From the NCBI GenBank assembly GCA_050613775.1, contig JBODTK010000136.1, positions 186,001 through 250,000 of the forward strand: DNA of 64,000 bases, read 5' to 3'. Under the pieces are notes generated by a model that saw only the letters and a list, made by a program, of their open reading frames with translations, was not told the DNA's origin and ran no database searches. A program made the translations under genes and the position numbers. Of this stretch, positions 26,901 through 42,138 are shown piece by piece (position 1 is the first letter of the stretch; each line of letters begins with the position of its first letter). The DNA is from Neocallimastix sp. 'constans' (lineage: Eukaryota).

Positions 26901-29900
26901 TCATCATCTAAAATATTTCCTTCTGAATTGAATAATAATCTTAAAATTTTTTCTTCAATATCTCTTAATTGCTTCTTATCATTTGATATATTAACAATTA
27001 ATTCATTTCTTTGTTCTTCTAATTCCGCTCTTTCAATTTTCACAACATCAGCAAGAAGTTGACCTTCTAAACCTTCACGTGTAACAGTAAAGTTAATAAT
27101 GGTTACTTTAATACAAATTTCTGGAAGGTAATGTGGATTTGGTAATTTTGTAGTAATGTATAATTTAAAGTTTTTATCATATTCGACATAACTATCACCT
27201 AACTTCATTAATGTTCTACCTCCTTGTCTTACGGTTTGTTTTAAAAGAAGTGGCTCCAATGCTGAATCAAGAGTTTCACCAACATCTTCTAAAAGAACCG
27301 GTAAACCTGTTCTAATTGCATTTTCAAGTGATCTTAAGAATTTAGGCTCTGAAAGTTTTATTACTTGCAAATCTGAACCTTCCCTAGATCTAATCCAACG
27401 ATTTGCTTGACCTTGAGGATCAATCATTAATGGCCATCTTCTTCCTCTGGTCACTAAGATACCATTTTCAGTAGAAAGTGTATCAGAAGGAAGACCTTGC
27501 ATATTCCATTCTCTTACCATAACTTGGTCGGAAAGAGTATCTATTAAATTAAATGATTCTAAAATTGGAATATCTAATTCTTGACAACGATCAATCCATC
27601 TTTTAACTAATTTTTGACGGTAAGTTGAGGTAAACGCACCATAATATGCAACACATGCTGCTGCAAGGAAAACATTACCATTTAATGCTTCAATTTGATT
27701 ATTTAATGAATCTACAGATTGAATCCATCTTTCTTGTTCATCAGCAAGAGCTAATGTCAATTTACTAGCTCTCTCTAATCTTCTTGTAGTTTCTTCCTTT
27801 TTATTAATAAGTTCTTGCTTTTCAGCGTTTGAATTTTCGAAACTTTGCTTGAGATCATTTAATTGATCTTCAACTTGTTTGAGAGCAGCAGTTTTTTCTG
27901 CTAGTTTGGCTTGTGTAATTTTTAAGGCATCTTGTGCTTCTTCTAATCTTTTACGCTTTGGTTGAACTTCTCTGAAAATGTGGGAATATTTATCTAAGGC
28001 AATAACCCACATACACATTGATTTACAGGCTTTAGATACTTTTTCTACATTTTCAGGAGTGAAACTTGGATTTTCAATGTATTTTTTAAGTTTTTTAGTG
28101 GTTGTTTCAGGAATATTATCTTTATCAAATTCAATCATTTTTTTCATAATTTGAGGATCACCAAGTAATTTCTTACTACTATCCCAATCTGGCTTAACTT
28201 TGAACAAAATACATATGGCTTCCATAACTGAAAGTACAAGATCTGGTGGTTTAGTAAATACCTTTAATTCAGCAATATCTTTTTTATCTAAGGCATCCAA
28301 GGCTTTGTAAGCAGCTTCAAGTGCTGGTAAAGCTTCGTCAAGATCTTTTTGAGCTTCATCCGCAATTGCTTGAGTTTGAGAAGCCTTTTCTCTTACAACA
28401 GCTTCTTCTTCTGATACAACTTTTCTTACACCATCGGCAACTTCTTGATCTTTACTAATTTGTACCATAAGCGATTCAACATCTGCTGTCTTTGATACTA
28501 ATACAGGTTGTAGTTGTTCTAATTCTACTTGCATATTAGCAACCATTTCGTTTGTTTCATTTAATTTATCTAGACCATTCTTTAATCTATCTCTTTGTGC
28601 AGATAATTCTTTTCTTTTTTCTTGAAGCATTACTATATATAGATTAATTAATTCTAGATAACTTACAGGTGTCGTGTAGTAGTGTCTTCTAAGTTCTTCA
28701 TAAAAGAGTTTTGACATTTCACTAACACTAGCATGAATTTCAACACACATTTCAGATATTTTTTCTTTCATTTCATCTGAACCTAAATCTGTATATTCTA
28801 AGAATTTTTTAGATACAGATAATAAGGCATCCTTTGGCCATTCATCAAACCAATCAATTGTGCAACAATTAACAAGTGAAGGGAACATTCTACATCTATT
28901 TCTGAAACTATCACCTACTGGTGATGTTCCAAATACAATGTGTAGATTATCTCTAACACGATTTGTAAAGAATTGTAATACACTATCTCTATCTTCATTT
29001 AAACCATTATCTCTTGCTACTGGTCTCAAATCACCTATAATTTTTTCTCTTTCTTCAAATTCAAATAAATTAGGGATTTCACCAGTATTTAATATATTGT
29101 TTATATCTTCTAAAAAGGTTTCACATTTTATTTGAGTATCGGTAATTAAGAACACCGTGTTTTTATTTTCAACACCAGCTAAACGGTAGAGCTTTTTAAT
29201 ATCTTCACGCCATTCATCCATACCATAAGTTCTTGTCAATTCAATTTGATGGCATTTATAATCTGATATATGACATGCTAATCGGGTTAAAGATTGTTTA
29301 CCAGTACCACCAATACCAACAAGCATAGCATTGCCTCTTGGTTGCCTTAAAATTCGCGCAATTCTTGAAATATGCTGTTTAGCATCCAAGAAGAATATAA
29401 GACGCATGTTTTTGGAAAGCATAACATTGTATTCTTCTAAATAGTCTTCTAATACGGAATTTAAAGCATTTAAGTCATTGATTTCAACATAAACTCTTTC
29501 ATCTACTGGAACACCAGGTTTCATGAAATCTCCAAAAAAGATTGGTTGTTGCATTAATGATTCAGGAGTGAATTGAATATTGAAATTTTTATCTACTAAT
29601 TCAGAAAGCAAATTATTGAAATATATTCTGTCAGTATCATCAATTAAACGATCTTGAAAGACACGAGCGGATTCATGACAAAATAATTTAACAATATCAA
29701 GTTTTGTTTCAATTGATTTATGAGTAACTTGAAGGATACCTTGAATTACTTTAGATAAGTCTCTAAGATTGAAAGTATAGTGTGATTTTGTTGGTGTTGG
29801 TAGTAATTCTTTACACATTCTTTCATATATTTCAATTGTAGAATGAATAATAGCATCACAAACAGAGTTAATTTCATCAGAAAATGGTTTAAGAAAACCT

Positions 29901-32900
29901 TCAAGAATTGATTTAAAGATTTTATTTAATGAAAGTTCGGATTGGTTTGGAAGTGATAAAAGATTGAAGTATCTAATTAATCTAGGTGTAATATTGTTTC
30001 TACCACCACCTGGTGGTGCACATGCAGCAACGACGGATACATCTTGAACAATTTTCCATGACAATTTTTCACGATCATAGAAACCACCTGAACCAATATA
30101 TTGTCTTAATAATTCAATAGGTGGTTGTGAACCATAAGTATCTAATTTTGGCATATTTAAATCATCGACAAATAAAATAATTTTTGAATTTCCTGGCGCA
30201 CCAAAAATATTTTTACGTTTCTTTTCAAGCTTAATTTCAATCATTTCTTGAGTCATAGAACTTGTTGTTTGAGCTGAAAAGTTAATATTAATTTGAATAT
30301 AGCTATGTTCTCTACAAGTCTTTGAAATAAGATCTTGAATAGTTACAGATTTTCCTACACCAGTTTTACCTGTGAAAAGTACAGGATAATTAGCATTTAA
30401 AAGCATTTTCAATAAGTAAGTATATTTAACTGTATCAGGAGTTGGAACGATCATTTGGAAATAAGGAATCTCTGAGTTATATTCAAAAGTAGGGACCATA
30501 TTTTCCCATGGTACAAAAGATTTTTTCTTAAAATCAATATAGTAACTGAAAAGATTTTCAGTATTTGGTATATGAATTTCATTAATTGGTACATTTTCTA
30601 ACATATCTTTTAAGAAAGTATCAAAAGCATCTTGGTAACCATCGGCAAGATTTCCTCCTAAAGACCAAATGTAACAGAAAAGGAAGAGATAAGCTAAAAT
30701 ACTTTTTATATCTTTCTTATTTAATTTGAAGTTAACTTCTTGATGAACAATAAATGAATGATATAATTTACAAAGACTGGTAACTAAATTAAAGTCAGTA
30801 CTAGGAATATATTCTTTACAATTTCTTCTAACAAATCTTAAACCTGAATCAATATAGTTTTCAAAAAGATTATATATATATGCTTTCAAATCATCTGTTA
30901 TATTTTCTGGAAGTTTAGAAAGCCATGTTTGAGTATATGGTCTCCAACCTAAGACATCAGAATCAATATATACCATACCACAACGACTTACAGTAGCTGG
31001 TGACGCTACAGCTAAATCAGCAACTTCAAATACTAAATGTTGAGTATTATTTAAACGAATACGTTCTCCATTATTTAAACAAAGAAGTTTATTATCATCT
31101 AGAACACTGTTCATATTTTCAATCCATAAAGCATCAACAGGACCATCAAATACAGTCCATTTTTCATCTTTTGAAGTATCAGCAACTTGTTCTCTGATAA
31201 AGTAACCTACTAAACCATCTCTCCATTCCATAGTATTTAAATTGAATTCACCATATAATTCAGCCATTGTAACACACTGATAAATTATTAATGATATTAT
31301 TATCATAGTGATATGATAGATTAATATAATATATTTATCATAATTGAAAAAAAAATAATTTAATATAAATATAAAATGTTTTCATTATAATATTTACCTT
31401 TGGATTTAAGACCCACATCTTAACTTTTTCTAGTTCTGAAGCCTTTGGCCAATTTTCAGCTTCTGCTTTTTCTTTTAATTTTGTTTTCGCCTTAGCCAAA
31501 ACTTCATAGGCAGTGGTTTTACCACCACCTGTTGGTCCAACTAACATAACACCATGTCTTACATTCATTGTATCATATAATTGAATAATTCTTTCAAGTA
31601 CAGTATCAGTACATTTTAGTTTTTCCTCTTCCATAACCTCTTTTACCATACTCATTATTTCACCAAAATCAACATCCGGAATAATAATACCAGGGAATAA
31701 ATCTTGAAGAATACCTCTGAATAATGGAATATCTTCTGCAATAAATTTTGGTATATTGGAATCTCTTAGACTTCTAATCAACACAACATCTTCAGTTAAA
31801 TCAGGATTTGCTCTCTTTAGAGTACCTGCCATAACTAATACACTTTTTACAGCTCTCATACCGAAATCATAATGATCTTGTTGACTAAGTTGTTCACTAC
31901 ATAATTTATATAAATTAACGACTTTACCAGAAAGAGATTTAGCATTTTCAAAACCTTCTGAATATAAAATAATTTCAGCAATTAATCCATAATCAGGAAT
32001 CATCATAGCGATAGGTCTAAATAATGCTTTTAAGTTATCCGGTAGCTCTGTACGACCAGCATAACCTGGATTCATTGTAATAAATGAACAGCAGGTATCA
32101 ATTAATCTAATTTCTCTACCTTCAAACATAAATTTAGTGAGATGAGCCATTTTTGCATGAGTAATTGATAATAATTGTTGGGCAATTACAGATAAAACTT
32201 CAATATCTATACGGTTAAATTCATCAAAACAACACCATGCACCACTTTGGGCAAGACTAGTAGAAAAGAAATGTAATATTAATATATATAATATTAATTC
32301 ATTAATATCAATATAATATGAAAAAAAAAATATGTAATAAAAAATATTATTTAAAATAAAATGCTTTTATATACATACCCTGCAAACATTTTACCCATCA
32401 TCTTATAATCTAAACCATCAGAACAATTAAATACAACACATTGCCTTGCTAATGCTTTAGATAAATCTTTGACAGTTTCTGTTTTTCCCGTACCTGCAGG
32501 TCCAACTGGACTGCCACCAAGATTAAGATTAATTGCACCTGTTAATGTTAAATAGCAACGATCAGTTAATGGCGTAATAACTAGTCTTGGTGAACAACCC
32601 AAATATTCATAACCATAGTTAAAAACTGAAGTACTCATTTTAATAATACATGTATCTGCATTAACATCCCAGTAGTAACGTAATTGTTTAGACCAAACAA
32701 AATCACTGGAACTTGAACATTTTTCATCAATAAGATTCTGAACAATATCACGAGCATGAACATCTGTAGTAATTAATGCACTAAATATACTTCTTTGAAG
32801 TTTTGTTAAATCACCTCTTACAACACTGGCTAAATTATTAAGATTCTGTTTATTGAAATAATTATTTACAGTTTACTATTATGTTTATATAAAATATATA

Positions 32901-35900
32901 TATATAATATATAATTATAATTATTTCTATAAATATTAATAAACTTACTTGTACGGATGATTCATACATCCTATTTAATTCCTCTCCAGGATTACCGGAT
33001 TCAATACATTCAGTGACATCTCTACACCATATTATTTGAGATACAGTTAATACAACCATACCACAATGATTCATAATCCATTCATTCTTATCTTGCTCGT
33101 CGTATTCATTTAGAGCCGCTTTAATTAATTTTTTTAATACCGATACCATTCCTTCTTCAACACTTCCTAACCAAGATTCAACATTACCTCTAGCTTTTAA
33201 AGTTTTACCAAAAGATACACGTTCACCTTCTGGACTATTCATTGCAAATATATCAATACTTTTAGGTTCTGAACCAAATTCTAAAGATTTAATTGAATCA
33301 AAACATTTACCAAGATGCGGTTGTACAGCTTGTGGATTTCTAGTTTGTGAAAGGATTTCTAATAATTCTTCATTACTAAGGAAGTAAAATCTTGGGAATA
33401 ACAACCTTTTTGATTCAAGATAATCTTCCAAACATTTTTGAATTTTATCTAATAAAATATTATTTTGCTCCATTGTTTCTAATAAACCTGGTGCTGTACC
33501 AGCTTTCATCGCATTTGGATTTCTTGCAACCTTTCTCATTACCTCTTTCCAACTTCTATCAACCTAACACATATATAATATATAATTATATGAATATATA
33601 AATTTCTTTTTTTTATTTATTATTATATCTATACTAAAAAAAGCTTACCTGTGAAAACATCTTTGATTCATCAGGTAATTGACGTTGGATATCGGGCGCT
33701 GAAAAAATACTTTCAAGATATCTCCAATTTCTCTGACAATTGAGCCAGGCATCCAATGTATCAGCAAACAAAGTTAATTGTTTATCCCATTTTTCAACTT
33801 CATTTTTAATTGGTCCGATATGACGACTTCCTTTTATAGTAGCAATTGTGACTTGACTATCTTCCAGTTGGGTTTGAATTTCTTCAATACCTATTAAAAG
33901 GAATACATCTTTATAATCTCTATATGGTTGAATTTGGAATTCCGTATCATTCCATAATTTAATTAATTTATTCAACATTTCTTCAAGAGCCATTTCAGAA
34001 CTAGCCTGACTTGATATATTACTAATTTCTTCTCTGAAATCAAATATATTTTCCTCAATTAATTTTCCTAAATTAAATTCTTCTTCTTTATTAATAATTT
34101 TTCCAATTACCTCCTGTATTTTATCCCAGTGTCTTTGTTTCAATGCTGGATTTCGTAAATCAACAATAGTCGGATAAATTGACCATATTTCTTTCACCAT
34201 ATCTCTTAAATAAGGAACAACATCATTTGGTGGTAAACCTTTATCTAATGTATAAATTGTTTTCAATAATGCTTGTATTTGAGTATTCATATCTTCAGTA
34301 TCAAGAGTATCAAACTGACATGTTTTCCATTCCCTTTTTAATTATATTAACATAAAAATTTTAATTTATTTATAATTAAAGTTATATAATATGAAATAAA
34401 GTTAATATTAATGAATATATATTTATATAAATTATTATTATTAACATTATTACTTTGATTGTTTTTTCCAATTTTCAATACTTTTCCATAATGTTCTTTT
34501 TAATTCTACTTCAGTCTTAGTTTCCATAAGTATCTCTTTCTTCTCATCTAACTCTTTATTTTCAGTCTTAGGTTGTTGTTGTTTTTCAAGATTTGGATTT
34601 TCAGCTATAAATAATTTCTCCCATTCTTCAAATTTGCACTTTTTATCTTCTAATTTTTGAATACCATCACTTAATGCGTCTAACAATTGTAATATATTTT
34701 CACATTTTGAACTTTGATTTAATATAAGAGGTTCTTGAACTTTGTTTCTTATTTCTAAAACTTCATTTAATAATTCTGAATAATTTTTTTCTAATTCAGT
34801 TGAGAATTTGCTAATATTATCTTCTTTTGTATCAATAGCCATTTCAATAACTTCATTTAATTGCTGAACAGTTGGGGCGAGGGTTTGGAAAAGTGCGAAA
34901 TCTGTTGACAAGTTAGATGAAATATTATATTCTTCCATTAAATTAAAAAGACGTGTTACTTCATTAAATCTATATTCAACTGATCTCATTGAGCGCTTAA
35001 CTGGAATTAAATATAAATATTTAATAATATGTTAAGACTTTTTATTATACTTTATAATAAATTATTATATTATTAAATTTCCATAAAGGTTATACAAAAA
35101 TAATAATACAAATAAATTAAAATATGATTGACTTACTATAATCCAATGATCCTAAATATTCAACAAATTGTTCAACACTTTTTGGTTGGTCATTTAATGT
35201 ACGAATCCAATCTTGTAATTGAGTTAATAAACCTTCATTTTTATCCTTTGAAATATTTGGTAATATTCTAGAAACTTCAGAGAAACATCTTTGAGGACTT
35301 GGTATAAGTTCCTTTTTTAAATTTGTTGTATCGATACAAACATTATTAATTTCAGTAAGAATTGGAATAGCTTCCATTTCTTCTAATTGATGAGAATATT
35401 TTTTTAATGCATCCTCAAAATAATCTACAAATTTTGATTTTGGTATTTCTTTTTCGTCATCTGGTACATCATCAACATCAACATTACCTTGTTTATCACC
35501 TTCATCTCCTTCACCTTCCTTTTCTTCTTCTTCAACTTCCATATCTTCTTCTCCTTTACCTTCTTTTTCTCCTTCTCCCTCTTCTCCTTCAGCTATTTCA
35601 TTTTGTTTTTCATCATCATTCATAAAATCTGGTGGTTTATAGACTTCTAATAATTTTTGAACATCAATTTCTTTAAATGATTCATTTTCAACCCACATAT
35701 TTCTAACACCTTCCCATTGCTTCATCCAATTAAATGCATTATCAAACACACCAACAAATACACCTCTAATACGCCCTACTAATTCTCTGAAATAATTATC
35801 ATCTAAGATAATAGAAACTACTGATGATCCTTCAATTGAATCGGCATCTTCACCATCGTTCTCATCAAATACATATGAATCCTCTAAATATGGAATTGTA

Positions 35901-37776
35901 TTTGAGAGAAGTTGAAAGCTTTCAATTAATGATATAAATAATTTTATAATATTGTCATATGAATTTATAAAATCCATCAATGGAGGATTGAAATAAAGAT
36001 TTCTATCAGGAGCAACAGTATTTAATAATAGTTCTATATGGAAAATAGAAAGAATCTCAGGTTTATTTTCTACCAATTTTTTTTCTATATTATTTTGCTT
36101 TTTTTTTTCATCTTCATTTGCATTTTCTTGCTCAGGTTTAACGACTGCATCATTTTCTTCTTTTTGTTTCTCTACTGTTTTCTCTTTCATTTCTAATTTT
36201 TTTTGTTCTTCCAAATATATTTTCAAACTTATAGGATCGTCATATTCTTCAATTAAATCCATATAAATATTAATTGATTGACGTTTTAATTCAGTCATAA
36301 TATTAAAGAAATTTTGAAATCCACATTTTATTAAATCTGATGTTTTAACTTCCTTTCCTACAATAACACCTCCAATTTGAATATTATTAGACATTTGATC
36401 GGATTCATCTAATTGTTGGCTACTGCTATTATACTTTAATAACGTATTACTTTCACTTACATTATTATCAATATACATATCATCATCTTCATCATCATTT
36501 TTTTGAGATTTATTTTGAAAAGAGACATCATCATCTGTGCATCCATTAAAAATATAGCCAAGTAATGAACGTGTACTGTCTAATATGAGTACATGAAGAG
36601 TATTAATAGTTATGTAATCAACTAATTTAACAAATCGTTTTAAACGTCTACACTCTGTTCTTCTCGCAGCTTGTTCTGTAAACGTCATTTGTTTTTTTTC
36701 TTTTTGAACTTTTTTCTCATCTTGACTTTCACTATCATTATCAGTATCTTCTTTTGATTCACTTTTTACTTTTTCTTCGTTATCATCATCTTCTCTTTTT
36801 GATTGATCTTTAATGAATTCTTTATTTTTATTATTCTCGTTACTTTTTTCATTTTCATTTTTTTCATTATTAGTTTTGTCTTCTTTATTTTCATCACTAT
36901 CATCATCATCATCATCATCGTCTTTATAATCATCCATATCAACTTCAAATCCTTGTTCTTCTAAGCACTTTTTACTTGCATCCTCAACTATTACTCGAAT
37001 TTTATTTTCCCATGTTTTCAATACATCAGCTTGAATTTTTTGAAGCCATTCCTTTTGCTTATTAATGAAAAAAGATAATTCAATATTTTTTTCTTTTATT
37101 TCAACTAATAATTTTTTTCCAGATATTTCAACAGCTTCTTTACGAACTTCTAATAAAGCATCTCTTAAAATAGGATGAACAATAAATAATTTATGAGATA
37201 ATTTTTTTTTTGCCTGTTCAATTTTAACATGGAAAATATATGATTTCCATTGTTTAAATACTTTCCATAATCTATATCTTGCAAAAAAGGGTATCTTTAA
37301 TAATTTATGAAATAAATCATATTCTCTTAGCCATTGATCTAATGGAGTAAATTCAGCATGATTATTTTTGTCAAACATTGTTGCACCCTAGTATAAAGAA
37401 TTATTATAATATAATAAAATATAAATATTATTGATAATCAAATATATATTCATTTATATATTTATATATTTAAAAAAAATATAATTTTAGTATATATATA
37501 ATTTATTAATTAGTAATATATATAATATTTTTTTAATCATATAATTCTTATTTAATTTACTTTTGCACTTAGAGTATAAAAATGACTTGATCTATCAATA
37601 TTTGAATATTCAACAACTTCTAAATTGTATGGATTATATGAAGGTTGTCCTTTAGCAATTTTTGGTTTTATTATGTTACAATAGATAAATTCATTTGTTT
37701 CTGGATGTTGCTGTATATATTCAATAAATTTAAATGGTGAATTTTTCTTTGCTAATTCGCTTGGTTGCATGTAAAA

Positions 37777-37807
<31 letters not shown>

Positions 37808-38172
37808 TCACTATAAAGTTCATTATTTTCTAATGTCGCTTCATTATCTTCTTGATCTTCTTCAATAATTTTTATACGCTTATTACTATTAGATGGAATA
37901 GGTGGTATTGGTGTAAAATGATTCATTTGTTTGTTTAATGTGTTGTGATCATCTTGAACAAAATTATTTATACGTTTTAAAGCATTATTTTTATGTTTAT
38001 GTTGTCGACTTCCATTTAATAAAAGATATAGTAAATCATTACTATGATAATCAACATTTTCTATGAATTTTTTATGCTTTTTTACAGGACTTATTTCAGG
38101 TTTTCTTGCTTTTAAATAATACTTATTTTCATTCTTAATAATAAACAGAATAATAAATTAATAATAATAGTC

Positions 38173-38209
<37 letters not shown>

Positions 38210-39391
38210 TAATAATAATATACATAATAATAATGATATATATATATATCTTACATTGTCACTACTAGTATTTTTTTTTATTGGATTTAAATGTTGTTGT
38301 TGTTGAGACATATAATTATCTAAATTTCGTGTACCATCTCGTGATTGAATAATAGGATTTAATCTAACACCAGATATAGTTCTTTTTCCATTGAATCTAA
38401 AATGTGATTGTGGCAATGTTTTTGATGTTACACTATATAATCTTTTTAATAATCTTTCTGATACTTGCTCTTTTGTCATATCATCAGATAATAAACTAAC
38501 TTCTGAAATTTTATTTCCAGCAACTAATAGTGATTTTAAATCATTTAATTCATCATAAGAAGAAGATGATGAGATAGTATCAATTTTTGGCATAATATTA
38601 TCATTGCTTTTTAAGCTTTTTTCACTTTTTGTATTGTACAAATGACTTTTTGAAATAGATGTGCTAGATGTGCTTTTTAATTTGGTTTTGGAATTATTCT
38701 TTGATGAAATTTTTTTTGGTAAATCAGTTGATTCTATGAATTGAGAAGAATGTTGATTTAAACTTGATTTACTTGAGCTTTTATTATTATTTACTGAAGA
38801 TGAATTTGAAATCGGCTCTATAAATGAACTATTATTTTCTTTTTTTTTTTCTTTTGAATTATTATTAATAACTATATCATTTATACTATGATTTTTACTA
38901 ATATTTGTGTTGCTAATTGATTTTTGATGTTGATCATTATGAATACTATGTATATTTGAATGGCTATTTACTTTTCGTTGCTGAATATTTCCATTATTTA
39001 TTCCACGTATACTTGAAGAATGACTAACTGGTCGAGAGTGAATACTATGATTACTATGAATACTATGGGTGCTATGATTACTATGAATACTATGTATGCT
39101 AGATTGATTATTTAGTTTTTGCTGTGGAACTGAATCAGCATCTGGAACGTTTTGATCATCCATTTCAATAATATTATTATCAACATCCATTCTATCTATT
39201 TCAGGTATTACATGTTCAGTTTTTTCAGTACTTTTTTCCGAATTATAAAATTCATTGTTATTATTTTCTATTTCCATATCTTCTGATTCCATAAATTTAT
39301 GTTCATCATTATTTTCACTTTTTGAATTTAATTTATTAATATCTAATTCATTATTTAAATCATTATTATGGAAGGAAGAATTTTCCTCCAT
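24000..39391 (-). CDS. DNAH6: Axonemal inner-arm dynein heavy chain, DNAH6-like, 11 exons, ~4742 aa
   Basis: P-loops [24 protein letters not shown] and GIGGTGKQ. Also [10 protein letters not shown]...[24 protein letters not shown] and the C-terminus GTLSTTGHSTNF...[13 protein letters not shown]. Exons: 39391-38255, 38133-37561, 37387-35137, 35000-34454, 34333-33649, 33563-32949, 32845-32379, 32256-31398, 31276-24395, 24306-24195, 24100-24000 (total 14229 nt). The dynein call is firm; the DNAH6 subtype rests on recalled signature sequence. Confidence 0.9.
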
Positions 39392-40079
39392 ATTGAAATT
39401 TTTTTACTAAGTAATAAAATAATAAAATATTTTAATTATAAAAATTTACTTAATTATATATAAAATTGGTTTTCATTAATAAATTTTATTATAAATTATT
39501 ATTGAATTATAAATATTTATAATCCTTTTTTATTTGGTATATTATTGTAATTATATTATGTTATTCCTTTTTTTTTTTTTTTGAAAATAAAAAAAAGAAT
39601 AAATACTATTAATACACAAATTTAATTTTAAGATGGATAAAAAAAAATATATAAATAATGAAAAAAAAAAATCTCTAATTAATAAATTAAAATTAAAAAA
39701 AAAAATATTTGAAAATATTAAAGTTTAATTTTAATTATTATTTATTTTTTAAATTTGAATTTTAATTAAATAAATAAATAAATAAAAAAAAAACAAAAAC
39801 AAAAAAATATTGAGGAAACAATTATTTATCTTATAATTTTTCATATATTAATTGTTTAAAAACATCATATATTATATAATTCAGCAAATAATTTAGAATT
39901 ATGGATTATTAAAGAACAATAAAAAATTATTTTAAATGAAACTTATAAAAATTATAATATTTGTAGATTTTTAAGTATTATGGAAAAAAAAAATTTTTTT
40001 TCAAAAATTATAATATATTACTAATAATTAAATAAAAAATAATATACTACTATTATTATTAATATAATAATATTATACT

Positions 40080-40262
40080 AATAATAATAATAATAATAAA
40101 ATAGTAATATTCTACTACTATTAATAATAATATAGTAATAATAATAATAAATAATAATAAATAATAATAAATAATAATAAATAATAATAAATAATAATAG
40201 ATAATAATAAATAATAATAAATAATAATAAATAATAATAAATAATAATAAATAATAATAAAA

Positions 40263-40297
<35 letters not shown>

Positions 40298-40330
40298 TAA
40301 TAAATAATAATAAAAATAAAAATAAAAATA
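40080..40330. repeat. (AAT)n / (AAATAATAAT)n compound microsatellite
   Basis: Read directly; 10-nt period over 40141-40260. Confidence 0.9.
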
Positions 40331-41109
40331 TAATTATATAACTTATTATAAAAAAGTATTACTAGTACTTCACATCTTAACAACTACAACAACAACAATA
40401 ATAATAAATAATTATAATCATTATCATGATCATAAAAATAACAATTATAATTTTTAATTATAATGAGATAAATTATTGAAACACCGACGATTTTAATATT
40501 AAAGTAATAATAAAATTAATTGTAATACCAATATATATATATATTTTACTTCTCTAAATAGTAGTTTATTTTATTAATACTACTAATAAATAAATTAACA
40601 TAATCAATTAATCAATTAAATATTTTAAGATAAAAATTTTTAACACTTTTAAATATATACAAACTTTAAAACAGAATTAATTTTAAATAATAGTTTAAAT
40701 AATATATAATCAAGATTTATGAATTTATATTCCAATATAAAAATAAATAATTCTTTAAATATAAAAATTTTTAAAAGCTTTTTTATCCCTTTATTTTTTT
40801 AATTTTTATTTATTATTATATAAACCTTTCTATAAATACTAATTTCTTTTTATTATTATATTTTGTATTAAGCCTTATTAATAAGATTATATATATATAG
40901 TTTTTATTTTTATCTTTTATTTTTAATTATTTTTTTTTTTGTGTATAATAACAAAATTTTTTATAAAGAAAATTTTATGTTTTTATTATATAAAAATGTT
41001 TTTTAATATTTTCATTCAATATCTTCTCAAATATTAAAATATATTATGAAATTGAATAATACAATTTTAAAAACAATTCTACATAATAATATATTTCAAA
41101 ATCTTTTAT

Positions 41110-42138
41110 CTAGAAACCATGGATCTTAACTTGGGACTTAGTGGCAATCTTCTCATCAACAAGAAATTGTTGAACCTTCAAACGATGATCACCTTGGAGT
41201 TGAATAACTTGACCCTAAAAAATTATTAAAAAACAAAAAAACAAATATTAATAATTTAAAAATCATATTTAAATGTTAATATTATAACTTACATAATCTT
41301 CGTTTTCAACAATGGTACCATTACAGGCAAAAACCTTTTTGAATTCCTTTAAGATTTTCTTTTGAGAAATTTCCTTTGGTAAACCGGTAATGGTCGTTAA
41401 TGTTTTACGACCATTACGTTGTTGAATACGAATATCTATTATTATATTAAAAAAATTTAGAATAATATACCAATTTATTTTTTTTTTTTTGAAAATCTTA
41501 TTTACATACGAATGTAATCAAAACTTTTGGTTTGGGTTTCTTCTTCACCAGTATCGGCAAATGGATCGTAAGATTTGAAATCTATTATTTAAAAATTAAT
41601 TAATTCTTTTAATATTTTATTTTGTTTTATATATATTAATTATTTTATATTTATTTATTTATTTTTTCTTTTTTTTTTTTTTGAATTTACAAACTTACTT
41701 TGAATGTCTATTTTAAATATTACAGATTTTTTTTTTTTTTTTTTTTTAAATAATAATATAAATTAGTTTTTCATAAAATTTATAATTTTATCATGTATGT
41801 ATAAAGAAAATTTTTAATAACATAAAAATAATCTTTTTAATTTAGATAGCAAATTTATTTAAAGTTTTCAAATATTTTTATATGATACAATATTTTCATA
41901 TTAAATTTCTTCATTACAGATTTTTTATTCTTATGTTTTATATTATATTGTCTACTTCAATATAAAAATTTTTTAATTTTATTTTATATCAATAGTATTT
42001 CAATTTATAATTATGCAATAAACAAATATTATTGAAATACATTATTATCAACATCAAAGATTTTATGTAATATAATATTCATATAATTCATATTGAGTAA
42101 GATAATTCAAAATTCTCTCTTAATTCCTTACCAGACAT
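41110..42138 (-). CDS. SUI1: Translation initiation factor eIF1 (SUI1), 111 aa, 5 exons; absent from the ORF track
   Basis: Exons 42138-42132 (7 nt), 41707-41699 (9 nt), 41581-41510, 41435-41293 and 41214-41110 total 336 nt. Protein: MSDIQNFKSYDPFADTGEEETQTKSFDYIHIRIQQRNGRKTLTTITGLPKEISQKKILKEFKKVFACNGTIVENEDYGQVIQLQGDHRLKVQQFLVDEKIATKSQVKIHGF*. Confidence 0.96.
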
